Positions 51,472 to 64,000 of a stretch of 64,000 nucleotides of DNA are shown one piece after another. The stretch lies in assembly GCF_001194135.2 (NCBI RefSeq), contig NC_068985.1, forward strand, positions 121,471,551-121,535,550, in the 5' to 3' direction. Numbering within the stretch: position 1 is the stretch's first letter; each line of letters starts with the position of its first letter. Both the position numbers and the translations under genes were made by a program. The stretch comes from Octopus bimaculoides (lineage: Eukaryota). The notes under the pieces were generated by a model. It did not search any database. It had not been told where the DNA came from and was given only the letters and a program-made list of their open reading frames with translations.

Positions 51472-51611
51472 ATGGTTGTTGAAGGAGGCAGTTCCCGTTA
51501 TAGTCCTTCCACGGGTATGACGGCAAAAGAACTGTGTGAAAATGATGATCTTGCAACTAGTTTGATACTTGACCCATATCTTGGATTTATTACTCACAAG
51601 ATGAATACCAA
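51472..51611 (+). CDS. Suv4-20: Histone H4K20 methyltransferase Suv4-20 (KMT5B/C), coding exon 1
   Basis: Acceptor ttatag at 51458-59, ATG at 51472. Translates [46 protein letters not shown]. The [27 protein letters not shown] motif is the conserved Suv4-20 N-terminus. Donor GTAAGT at 51612, phase 2. Confidence 0.96.
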
Positions 51612-54600
51612 GTAAGTTTAATTTTCAAATTGTTTCTTTAATAATTAGTACCAGAGATATATTCATGTTTTTAAATAGTTATACCTCAACCATAAATCAG
51701 CATTCAAATTATATTTATGCTGCCATATGAACACTGCTCCAGCTGTACAATGGCTGCTTGAATTAACAGGTGTGTGTGCATAATATTGTAATATTTGTGA
51801 GTTGATAAATCCCCAGATATATTGTTTCAGCTATTAGACTGCAGCCATGCTGGGGCACTGCCTATGCTAAAATATTTAGCTTCATCCTTACACATTCTGA
51901 GATTAAACCCTAGTTGATGTTGCCTTTGGCTTTTATCCGTTCAAATTTGGCTGCAAATGTAATCTGCAGGAGTTGATTCTGTTTTTCTACAGGTGGGACA
52001 CCACCAATTCATTGAGGATAATTATTTGATAAATAAATCCTTATTAGTGAGTGCTTTGTCACTTCTAGAAGATAAAAGATAAAGTCAGTTCTGATTAGAT
52101 TTAAAACATTGAAATTGGGGACAAAATTAAATATACCAGTACATTTTAAACAATACACCTACCAATTCTTGAATTGATAATGGAAATAGAAAAAATCACT
52201 CCTGAATTTTCCAGCAAACTAAAACTTTTTTTTCTTCTTTGGATCTGTTTGTAATTATTTGAACTACATTGATTGTGTGCATGTTGCTGCTGGGAATGTT
52301 AATATGTGCGAGATTCCTGAAATCAAGCTGTTTACTTGAGAAAACTGATTGTTTAACTTAGCTGAAATTTTGTATTGAGTGATTTAAAAAAAAAAAAATC
52401 TTGCTATAATTCTTACTCCAATAATTTCTTGATAATTATAAATATTTTTAAAAGCATCTTTTTGTTAGAACAGAAAATCAATTCAATAATGTTACTGAAA
52501 ATTCGTTCAAATATAAAAATTTAAATTTCTTCATTATTGTTATACATTATACTTGACATTAATCACCAAACCCACGTAATTGAAGAATGATTTCAATGTG
52601 TTACTGATACTTTATCAATCTGTTCTAGAATGATAAAAGGCAAAGTTGGCTTTGATTGAATATGAATACAAAATTTTTAGGTTGAATAATATTAAGTATT
52701 TAATGTATGTCTTTATGTTATTGCAACTGATCTGATAGGTTTTGAAATGTTGACAGGATCACAGTTATGTATATGGTTTTATTTACTTATGTATAAATGA
52801 TTTATATACAAATTCTGTAGACTTGTAGCTGAGCTGCCAAGCACTCACAAACGTTACAGTAATATTGTGAACAGAACACTCACTGCATTAATACAGCTAT
52901 ATCATTTAAAAATAATGTTTTTAAATGTAGTTGGTAATTTCCATTCATTGCAGTCTGTTTTGGTGTTTAGATAAAAGGTGCTGAAAGTTCAAAAGTTTTT
53001 TTTTTCCACCATAATGATGGTGACAATATTTTCTCCTTCAACCAAATGATAAATATTATGAGATTGATTATTCATGAGCCACTGCAAATAGTAATTTTGA
53101 TGCTTAACTCCAGACTCACCCATATCTGCTACACATTCCTTCGAAAACGAATTTGTGGCGATATTTGTTTGTCATTTACTCTACATATATAGCTAACAGT
53201 ATTTTATACTTGATTTTGTGCTCCGTAAATTCATATTTAATTCTAGTTTCTCAAACCAACCCCGGTCGGTTTTGTTTTTCTTTTTTATGTTAAGCAAGAT
53301 GTATACAATATTTAGCAATCTGTTGTAGTTGGGTTATCTTATACTCGGGGTACAAGAGACCTAGAAAGTATTTAAAGGGAGATAAGAATAACATAGAGGG
53401 AGATAATTACGCCACTGGTTAGCTTTCTCATGAAACGAAAAGGAACAGTAATTCAAGAACAAATAGAATGAAGGAAACCGCATGAGAGTATGGTTATCGC
53501 AACCTTGTTGACTTAAATATTGGAGGATAATAAATAGGTAATTATTTTGTTAAATTTATATATAATTGTTTCATTGCTTCAGATTAATGGTCTGAACAGG
53601 GAAAATATAGAATGAATTTATTTGTATTTAAGGAAACTAATCTGTGCAGATCAACCATGCAGCATAGTTGATCTTGTTAATTTTTAGAATATATCATGAA
53701 ACATGAATATTTACACTCCACATGAAACAATTCTGTGCATTGTCAACATTTATGTATTTAGAAATATTAATGATAATGAAAATTAGTTTAGAATAACAAA
53801 TGTGTATGTGTGTATATTTTGTCCATGTAGGAAAGGTCATCCATGTCGTATATCTCTTCATTTTTCAATTCTTTGTCCTTATTTAACACCCAACATCCTG
53901 AGATCTGACCTTACTACTTTCTACATTCTATTCACATGCAATAAGACAATGTTTAGTTGCATCACATATTTAAACTGGAACAGCCACCTCACTTGTGACA
54001 AAAGCTGATGACCTATTGTACATTCAGTGTGTTGCACGTGGTTTAAAAGTTCGTTTTGCAACTAGATGGTTTCAAGTTCAATCTCACTTCTCTTCTAGTC
54101 TCAGATTGACCACCAAACAAAACCTTGTGAGTGACAAAAGTTGTCTGGTAGCTTTTTGGTAAGATAGTATGTGTTCTTAGGCGGTATTTAACCTGTCACT
54201 TGGTCTGACATCACCACTAGGCCTTTGGATTCTCTTAAAGTACTCAACTCTTTTGAAAGCATCTGAATTAAGGAAAACTTCCTATCAGACTTGGAGACTA
54301 AGAAAAGAGTCATATGTCTGTGTCCCCTTTTCCTTCTCACTATTAAATGTTACTTGTATACAGCTTTGAAAATTGTCTGTTTTCTCAGTGTCATACTTGT
54401 TAAATCGCTTCATATATTTCATAACTTACATTTTGCATGTAGGGAAACACTTTATTATCAACACTCAGGCAAATACAGCTAGCAGTTTCAGAAATAAGTT
54501 TTCATTTCCTTAACTAGAATTTCCACATCTCTCTCTCTCTCTCTCTCTCGTTAATCTTGAAAATCGCTTGTCATTTTGGCATGCACTTTTCTATGTTTGG

Positions 54601-55357
54601 GTGGGTTGGGCAGAATTCACTGAGGCAGATTTTTTTTATGTCTGGGTGTCCTTCATGTCACCACTACTTCATTCTGAAGTGCGAAAAGAAGAGGTTAGAA
54701 TTTTATTTTAGGTTTTGTTTCCTTGATATAAATTTAGATAATTTAATCTCTTCATATATGTGCTTTTCCCATGGCATTAGCATGGGTGGGGTCATTATGG
54801 ATCTCCACCCACACACATCATATAAACCAACTCTTCTATATTTTTAAATATTTAATATTACTGTTATTATTCACTGCTATCTAAAGTATAGATCTGTGTT
54901 ACCATAACACAATTTCTAAGAAATTTTGAGGTAAAGAGTTTTAAGAACCAAAAATATTTAGATGGAATTAATTTCAACTGATAACCTTCCCTTTTAGAAA
55001 AATATTCTGTTTGAATATTTCTACTTATTGTCTGATAGTTGTAAAAGTGTGTCACCATAATACAAGCAGTGTCATTCATCTTCAATCTTCTGTGAAAACC
55101 TTCATGGTCATGAAGAAATATTACCTTGTTTGTAAACCAGTAGAGGGTTGACAACAAGAAGGGTATCCAGCCATAGAAAATCTTCAGTGTGTTCCATTCC
55201 ATGCAAACATCCAAGAGTGGATTTTAAAATGAATTATTTTGTTTTTTCATTTCATACCTTGTTATAGTATTACTTTTTTCTTTGCTTGCATGAATTGGGT
55301 AGGTCTAGCACTACAAAAATGGGAAATGAATTTTCATTACTATTTCTTTGACACTTT

Positions 55358-55499
55358 GTAAGAAGCTTGCTTCCCAACCACACGATTCCGGGTTTAGTCC
55401 TGCTGTGTGGCACCTTGGGCAAGTGTCTTCTACTATAGCTTTGGGCCAACCAAAGCTTTGTGAGTGGATTTGGTAGATGGATACTGAAAGAAACCCATC

Positions 55500-55547
<48 letters not shown>

Positions 55548-56184
55548 AAATAGTAAATGAGTATATGCATATATACGTACAGGTATGTGCATACCGACAT
55601 CCACCTGTATGTATAGGTGCATATCTGGGTACAGGACATTGCAAACAAAACGTAGACGAGAAAACACACAAGCCACATAGAGAACATTCTTCTTCATATA
55701 TAANNNNNNNNNNNNNNNNNNNNNNNNNNNNNNNNNNNNNNNNNNNNNNNNNNNNNNNNNNNNNNNNNNNNNNNNNNNNNNNNNNNNNNNNNNNNNNNNN
55801 NNNNNNNNNNNNNNNNNNNNNNNNNNNNNNNNNNNNNNNNNNNNNNNNNNNNNNNNNNNNNNNNNNNNNNNNNNNNNNNNNNNNNNNNNNNNNNNNNNNN
55901 NNNNNNNNNNNNNNNNNNNNNNNNNNNNNNNNNNNNNNNNNNNNNNNNNNNNNNNNNNNNNNNNNNNNNNNNNNNNNNNNNNNNNNNNNNNNNNNNNNNN
56001 NNNNNNNNNNNNNNNNNNNNNNNNNNNNNNNNNNNNNNNNNNNNNNNNNNNNNNNNNNNNNNNNNNNNNNNNNNNNNNNNNNNNNNNNNNNNNNNNNNNN
56101 NNNNNNNNNNNNNNNNNNNNNNNNNNNNNNNNNNNNNNNNNNNNNNNNNNNNNNNNNNNNNNNNNNNNNNNNNNNAAACCCATC

Positions 56185-56232
<48 letters not shown>

Positions 56233-56590
56233 AAATAGTAAATGAGTATATGCATATATACGTACAGGTATGTGCATACCGACATCCACCTGTATGTATA
56301 GGTGCATATCTGGGTACAGGACATTGCAAACAAAACGTAGACGAGAAAACACACAAGCCACATAGAGAACATTCTTCTTCATATATAATGTATGTATATA
56401 TTTGTGTTTATGTTTGTGTTTGTGTCTTCCCCCACCCCCACCATCGCTTGACAACCAATGTTGGTGTGTTTATGTTCCTGTAACTTAGTTCAGCAGAAGA
56501 GACTGATAGAATAAGTCCAGGGGGCGATTTCTTCGACTAAAAGGCAGTGCTCCAGCATGACCTCAGTCAGTTGGCTGAAGTAAAAGAATA
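55358..56590 (+). mobile_element. Family-A SINE with an internal insert, duplicated across an N gap
   Basis: Head at 55358-55500, tail at 56440-56590. 55490-55703 is repeated at 56177-56390. Confidence 0.75.
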
Positions 56591-57149
56591 TAGTAAGAAT
56601 CACAGAAATGTGTAGACAAAAAATTGTTATATGGAAATTCAGGTGAAAACTGCAAAGCAAATTTTAGTGTTGTAGATAGACAATAATATATTTAGTCATA
56701 TTACTTATAACCGCTTCCAAGATTCTGAGCACCCTTTCATAATATTTTTATATACTGGTTTGATTGCTTGATAACAACTTGTTATATAAGTAGCTCTTAA
56801 AAAGTTCAGCTTTGCCTTTTATTCAATCCTTGTAAGTACTTCTGGGATTTAAAACAGTAATCATTGATTTTGTTTGGCTATTTAAAATATTTCCATTTTA
56901 CTTTATAGAAAGAATATTACCAAATTTGAAAAGTAATGCTCAACATGTGGCTTTTAAAATTCTAAATAGTTTTAACATTCATTTGAAGGGCTAACATATT
57001 TTAGTATACGTTTCATTGGATGTTCTCTGAATGTGTATTTAACTTTTTCAGTGTAGTAATATACGTGATTTTTTTTTTTTCTTCTTCTGTAATCAAAAGA
57101 CAAAGCTGAAAGAAATGTAGACAGTGAACTTTTTTTCTCCTTAATGTTA

Positions 57150-59080
57150 CGCTTATGTCTGGAGGAAAAGGCTGTATCTATAGCTTTTGAAAGCCCTTCA
57201 GAAGTGATAAGATTAATGCCATTGATATTCAGCTTAGACATCCATAAATTGATGCATTTGGAAAAGAAAATCTAGGGAAGAAAGACCAAGACACAACTGT
57301 TGGTGCATGCTTAGAAAGGTGCGTATGACTGACAAGGAGAAGACATGGGTGTGTTGCTTGGTCTTAGGAGGAATGAGTTTGCAGTGAGCTATCTTCAAAG
57401 AACAGACACTATTGTAGTTGCTCTAGAAAATTGTCTATTGCAGAGCTTGAAGTTTATTGGTAAATGAGTTTTTTTGTCATCCAGTTTTCAATCTAAAATG
57501 TGACAGTACAATCCTCAGTGTGGGAGCTGTATCTCATTCTAGATCTTATTTGGGTTTTGTAGTCATCAATTTTTAGGAGCTGAAATATTTTCTGGTCCTA
57601 AAGAATGAGGCTATTCTCAGTTGCAGTTTTAGCTTATGTATGTGAGGTCGACTGATGATCATCAGTAAATGTGACATTTTGAATTTGCATGTTGTTTATA
57701 ACTTGAAAGGATGATTTTTTTTCCTTGATGTATGCGGTTGTTTCTTTGATGTCTTTGTGCTATTTAAGGAGCCAATATTAATATGTCTCAGAGAACTTTT
57801 TGAAGACATTGTTCATGGAAGTAGTGAAAATTTTATGCAAAGTTGTCTATGTTGCATATTGATAACACTAGTATGTGCACAGTTGGAATAGTGAAGAGTG
57901 ATACATCTTTAAAGTGAGCATTGGTAAAGGTGATAACGTGTAAGTTGTAAGTGTACAGGTGTAAGAATGGGTGACATAACCAATCACTGGGATACCCCAG
58001 AATTTATAGTCAGTGTGATAAGACCCCTGTCAGCTCACATTGTGATAGTACTTCTGACTCGAGAGATGCATGAGGCATGGTCAGATTACATTATTCACTA
58101 CATTTCTCAAGAACAGGTGACTGATTCGGGATGTAGGATGCATATTAATGTTACTGAGAGGGTAAAAGTACTGAATGAGTTTGAAAAGGTATTTAACTAC
58201 TATCACTTTTAGATGTTGGAATTGAGAAAAATAGGTTGGTAGCTAGTAGGGTCAGAGAGGTTGCCTCTTTTAGGAACAAGATGGACTGTAGTAGGTTTCC
58301 AAAGATTGGTATAAATCTCTGGAGAAATATTGAAGAGTTTGGCAAAGATATGGGCTAGCTCTGAGGCACATTTTTCAAGAATAGCATTGTCAGAGCTGGG
58401 CACTGTATTTGAAGTGACCAGAAGTGTTTTCAAACTTAACCATGTATTTGTATTTAGGTGTCAGATTGGTTTGGTAGTTTTGTTGCATTTCAAAAGCAGA
58501 CAGTAAATTAGTTTTTCTCAGCAGAGAGCCTTCATAGTTTCGAAATGCTTGGATAGAAGGATTTCCCCCAAAATTCTGCAATGCATAAAACCTTTTTTTC
58601 CTTTTGGGAGTAAAAACAATCCTGTTTGTAAAGACATTTTTTTTTCTTCATTGCACACGTAGACCATGTTCTTGTACTGCTGCATTGCAGCTGTGTAAAC
58701 ATTTCAGAAATTTAATGTTATAGACTTTGGTTGTGTGAGAGCTGTGAAGGGACATACCCAAAGGGATGGTTTCATTAAGTTGCTTAGCAGTCTTGGAATA
58801 TGGGACATTTTGTTGCCAAGGATAGTTAGCATCGAATTGGTGGAGCTCTGACCAGTTAACTGAGTTGTATTGACATTGGGGTTGGAGTGGGGTGATGTAA
58901 CTGATTATGCTGTGGTTTGTCAATTTGGTAAGAGCAGAAATTATTAAAGTTTGATGAAGACTTAGGAGTGTCTGTGTTAGAGGTGTGTGTGGGTGATAAT
59001 ATATTAACTGTTGCAGAGGATTCAAAATTGCAAAAGATTTAACTTCTGCAATAGTAGCATCTGCATTGTGGGTGTATGAA
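57150..59080 (-). mobile_element. Old CR1/L2-clade LINE (decayed RT)
   Basis: PSSDNAILEKCASELAHIFAKLFN..WKPTTVHLVPKRGNLSDPTSYQPI (PGPD..WK.A.V.P.PKKG..NYRPI) and a decayed INSGVSQ (GVPQG) motif. Confidence 0.75.
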
Positions 59081-59084
59081 TAAA

Positions 59085-59730
59085 TCATCATCATCATCAT
59101 CGTTTAACGTCCGCTTTCCATGCTAGCATGGGTTGGACGATTTGACTGAGGACTGGTGAAACCGGATGGCAACACCAGGCTCCAGTCTGATTTGGCAGAG
59201 TTTCTACAGCTGGATGCCCTTCCTAACGCCAACCACTCAGAGAGTGTAGTGGGTGCTTTTACGTGTCACCCGCACGAAAACGGCCACGCTCGAAATGGTG
59301 TCTTTTATGTGCCACCCGCACAAGCCAGTCCAGGGGCACTGGCAACGATCTCGCTCGAAAATCCTACAGGAGCCAGTCAGGCGGTACTGGCAACGGCCAC
59401 GCTCAAAATGGTGCATCTCATGTGCCACCCGCACAAGAACCAGTCCAGGGGCACTGGCAACGATCTTACTTGGCTTGCCGGGTCTTCTCACGCACAGCCC
59501 ATTTCCAAAGGTCTCGGTCCGTAGTCATCGCCTCGGTGAGGCCCAATGTACGAAGGTCTTGCCTCACCACCTCAGCCCAGGTCTTCCTGGGCCTACCTCT
59601 TCCACGGGTTCCCTCAACTGTTAGGGTGTGGCACTTTTTCACGCAGCTATCCTCCTCCATTCTCACCACATGTCCATACCAGCGCAATCGTCTCTCTTGC
59701 ACGCCACAACTGATGCTTCTAATGTTCAGC
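59085..59730 (-). mobile_element. Young 5'-truncated RTE LINE: intact ORF C-terminus, 3' UTR with 113-bp repeat, (GAT)n tail
   Basis: ERRLRWYGHVVRMEEDSCVKKCHTLTVEGTRGRGRPRKTWAEVVRQDL..AVREKTRQAK*. Repeat units start at 59281 and 59394. Confidence 0.92.
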
Positions 59731-60213
59731 TTTTCTATGCATAGAAATAGTGTTTTAGTGTGTGTGTGTGTGCATGCACTATAGGTTATACATACCTAAA
59801 GAAAAAAAATAATACATGTTATTACACTTATTCATTCATTCAAAAGTAAATAAAGTTTTACTCCAAACCTACTTTGAGTTTCCTATACTTGCTTTGTCAT
59901 GAAGAACATGCAAGAAATGGAAACTTAGAATACCAACAGTGATGCATATTGTCTTTGAACAAAATCATATATCTTAAGGTTTGGAAAATTGATCTATTAG
60001 AACATTTTCACAAACTCAGAAATTAGAGTACAATTACTGGAGGTTATTGAAATTTAATTTATTTGAATATCCTATTTTAACAAGTGGATTTGATTTTCTC
60101 TTTAGAGTGTTGTAAAATCTCTTCCACTAGTAATTTAGTGGAATTTTCTAATCTCTTTTAACAATATTTAAGTGATTTTCTTATTTCTAACTTCTGTTTT
60201 TAATTTTTATTAG

Positions 60214-60379
60214 GCACAAGCCATTAAGAGGCCGTCAAGAAGAACTAACTGCCCTAGTGGAAAAATTTATGAAAGATCAATGTTATGAAGATACTTATGC
60301 AAAGTTTCTATGTGAAGATGTAGTTAGGAATTTTCTTATTGGCAAATCTAAAGAAAACCGTAGAATTTTCCGAGAGCAT
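60214..60379 (+). CDS. Suv4-20: Suv4-20 coding exon 2
   Basis: Acceptor tttttattag. AA|G gives K, then HKPLRGRQEELTALVEKFMKDQCYEDTYAKFLCEDVVRNFLIGKSKENRRIFREH. Donor GTAAGT at 60380, phase 0. Phase matches exon 1. Confidence 0.92.
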
Positions 60380-63302
60380 GTAAGTATTGACTATTTCAAT
60401 TACCTAAATATTTATGCTGTCTTACAATTAATGGTACTTCTTTTAGCTGTAGTTAGCAAAGTGAAGGTATCAATTCCTTCCGATAAAATAGAAACATCTT
60501 TTTTAAATTAAACATTATTAGATGTAGTATAAATTATGGTATTCACTTTCTCTTTAGACATGATGCAGTTCTCAATACTCTAATTATTAAACACTTATTT
60601 GAAAATATTGTATTATTCATAAACTCTGTCATTGATATTCTGTTGTACTTCTGAAACTTTAGTCTTTATATTTTCATCTACTTGTCAATTGATTGGTTAA
60701 ATTAAAAGGATTATTTTAACTGGAAAATGCTACTGTAATTAAAGTGAAACATGTAATACAAAGGTAGCAATCTTTTGAGTAGTGTGGGCAATTTTTTGAA
60801 TGTCACATAATTGCAGCTAATGGCACAAATAATTGAATTGTTGTATTTGTACAAAAGCAGAGTGGAAGAGCATTGAACCAAATACCTTAAAGTATTTAGT
60901 TTTGTCCTTCTATATTTTAAATTGACATTTTATGATGGCTTCTAAGAATTGATGAAACAACAACCAGTAATGTACTGATATTAATTCAAACCATTATACA
61001 CCATCCCTATAAGTCTATGGTCTTGTGTTACTATAAAAAAAAAACTATATTGATATATTTTGAAGGATAACACAAGATACATTTGTGGGCAGATATGTAT
61101 AAGATATTGGTTAGTTAAGAGCCCCATGTTCTATCATTAAATAGAATATTGGAAATCAGAACAACCAAAAATGCTAGCCATGCAAAGTAATGAACCTTGA
61201 CCCAAGATTACAATGAATTGATGTAAATTTTTCAAGTTTTTACATTGTGATCAATAGTCCAGTTCTTTTTCATAGCCAAGTGCTTTACATAGGAAAATAT
61301 TATTTATTACTTTCTTGTGTCAATGTTGAATTTACATTTTAATTGGAATTATTTCCATGGAGTTGCACTCCTCTCCAGAATAAATGTTCTGTAGTTTAAT
61401 ATTTTGGGGGATTTTTGAAAAACCTTCATGTAGTCATATTTGTTGAAAAGGGTTTAATACTTCTCAGGCTAGATATTTTTATCTCCGGTATTAAAAATCC
61501 TTTTCATTTTCAGCTTCTGTCTCTCATTATCACAAGTTTCATGAAACTTTTCTATCTTATATTGCTTCATAATCTGATTTCTCGGATTTATTTTAGAATA
61601 GCAATTTTGTAATGTTTATTCATCTACAACTGGCATTTACTTACTTTAGATTTTTGGACTTTATCATGTGTGTATATTATATACACATATCTGTTTTTAT
61701 TGTGGGACTACATTTTCCAGTGTGTCCTCATTCTGTGTTATGATGTTAAGGAAATCTTGCTGTTGTATCTAGCAGAATGTACATCCTTGTAAGATGTTGT
61801 CTGTCATTAATTCAAAGTAAACTTTGCTGTTCTTATGCAGTCTCAGATCAGTCACTCAAAAATTATAATGAAAGACATTTCAGTCATAATTATCTTATCA
61901 TTTGTATTAGCAACTGTATAACTTTTGAGAGCTGAATTTCTGAAAATTTAGGGTTACTATTTTCAGTTAGTTGTTTACCAAACATGACAGGTGTATAGTA
62001 AAAGTGTTTGATGTGAAGAAAGTTTGAAAATATATATTACTTATGAATTATGAGGTCATTCTCAGTTGAAATAGCTTTGTGGAGAGTGTTAAACTGAAGA
62101 TCTAAGAGTCTCTTGTTTAATCTTAGGCATCAACATGTTGAGTTTCTGTTTTGTTCTTGTGATCATTATTAATCAAAATTAAGTCATTTGACTGACTTAA
62201 TTAGGAAAGAGGTCTTAGTCATATCTACCTCCCAAATGTATCATCATCATAGATTTTTTTTCTTCTTTAGCTCTATTGCGACAGAATTGTGAAATTCCAA
62301 ACAAATATTGTCGGCATAAGTAGTCAACTGCTAAATGCTTAATCAGTTCATGGACCACTGACATGTTCAAAGTCAAAGAGCATACATTCGTACCTTTTTA
62401 ATCATGAGTACTTCTATCTTGCATGATTGCTTAACATTAAACCATTCTCCTGAGTTTAGCACATTTTCATAGCAGCAGCAACAAGAACAATAGTTTTTAA
62501 GGCTATGTTCCCAGATAAAGTAGAAGTTAACCTTGCAGGGCTCTATGGCAGTTTTTGCTATCTCCCACCCTTTGCTCTCATTTCCACCTACATCATCTTT
62601 AACCATATCTTTTTCAGTCTCTTCCTACTTTCCACATTCATTTGCATCATTTTCTCAACCAGTCAATTTCATGACTCACTTCTACTACTGTTCTTGCCTT
62701 TCTGCACATATGGTCACACTTCTGGTCAGTGCCTTCATCACTTCCTCTGGTCTTCTTGTCATCATTTCTACATTCCATATCCCACTATCTTTTTATAGTT
62801 TCTACAAAAGACATCAAGCACTTGGCCATCATAATTGGGCTGAATTTTTCCCTTACTTCAAGTTCCGATTATAATTTTTAATGAGACAGGAAGGTAACTC
62901 TACCGATATTTAATCATATGCATCTTGGGAGCTTTCTGGTGTGCCAACCATTTTAGTCAACTCCTACAACACAAAAGGATACAATGTACTTAATCTAAGC
63001 TGTGATATACATTATGTACATTTTCTTGCATTGTTATCAATCTCAATTAGCTCTTAACATACAATTTAACGCAAACATAAAGAGCATTTGGCCCAATATC
63101 CTAGTTTGCTGCTCTGATTTCAAATCATTTAATGATAGAAACTAGCACTAATAGTTCTATTTGTATCAGTTACTTTCCTTTTTCTACTGATTTTAGTTGC
63201 AATTATACTATATGTGATGAAGAATGACATCTTTGTTACTCTTGCAAACTTTTATCATATACTTTAGAAATTAAGATTGCTTTGTTTTTATAATTCTTTT
63301 AG

Positions 63303-63415
63303 GTATATAGATATCTGAGAATGTTTGATAAAGATGCTGGATTCAAGTTGATACCTTGTTATCGATATAAATGTGATGGACAGGTTGGTGGGAAAATTTG
63401 TTCTACGAGAAAATG
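63303..63415 (+). CDS. Suv4-20: Suv4-20 coding exon 3 (leads into the SET domain; gene continues beyond the window)
   Basis: Acceptor ttcttttag. Translates VYRYLRMFDKDAGFKLIPCYRYKCDGQVGGKICSTRK(W), matching the family YLRxFxxDSGFxIxxCxRY...GAKIxxTKxW segment. Donor GTGAGT at 63416, phase 2. Confidence 0.95.
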
Positions 63416-64000
63416 GTGAGTTAATTTCTATTTTCTAATAAACAAATTGATCTTTTACATTATACCAGAAATTTTATAATCAGATTACTGTTTGTATGTT
63501 CACTAGAACATTCCATGAAAAAATATCTTTCTGAAGACAAGCAGTTTTAGTTATAAGACTAAAATTTAATCTCATAACATCAGTTGGTGTAAATTTATAT
63601 GCACTGTGTACTCGCTTTGAATCAGATGATGAAAATATATGCAGCCCTATCTGCTGCGGTTTTGTACCTGTTTGTGTACCGGTTGATATAAATATCTGCT
63701 ATCACTCACGGAGTCGATAATAGAGGCCACTGTGCAAATTTCAAGGAATCTGATAGGTTTGTTAGACTCTTCATGCAAATATTTCTAACTCAGTTTGAGA
63801 CTTCATCACCATAATAGTATAAAAGCAGCAGTTTTGGCAGTTACACCATTTCTGCTATGATTTCCTATCAAATTTGTGCACATTCAGCAAATTCTTCTGG
63901 CCCTTCACAGAATTTACAGTTGCATCCAGCTACCCCGGTTTCGTTGAATTTACGGTCCTTGCAGTGATGACAGTTTACATAAATAAACAGTACATGCTTT

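Noticed and set aside
60380-60511. Extension of ORF 60257-60511 beyond ..IFREH
   Set aside because: Read-through into the intron; the GTAAGT donor at 60380 joins exon 3 in the correct phase.

Overview
AT-rich, microsatellite- and transposon-dense animal genomic DNA with eight N gaps. The SINE and RTE families resemble those I recall from octopus assemblies, so a coleoid origin is an inference. Only one host gene is clearly recognisable: the first three coding exons of the H4K20 methyltransferase Suv4-20 (KMT5B/C) on the + strand (51472-51611, 60214-60379, 63303-63415), with canonical GT-AG sites and matching phases. It runs off the right edge before most of the SET domain. The rest is mostly degraded mobile DNA: a hAT transposase, Penelope-like elements, RTE, CR1/L2 and RLE-type LINE fragments, a Helitron 3' end, MITEs and several SINE families. 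Most interesting: (1) a Penelope terminal repeat carrying a tRNA-like Pol III cassette just upstream of a minimal hammerhead ribozyme, plus two further hammerhead-like motifs; (2) a pre-miRNA-like hairpin in the probable Suv4-20 promoter/5' region; (3) a CpG-poor domain at about 10-35 kb that may hide an unrecognised gene; (4) several long inverted repeats that could form dsRNA. No new multi-gene system can be demonstrated from the sequence alone. TE boundaries are approximate unless termini are quoted.
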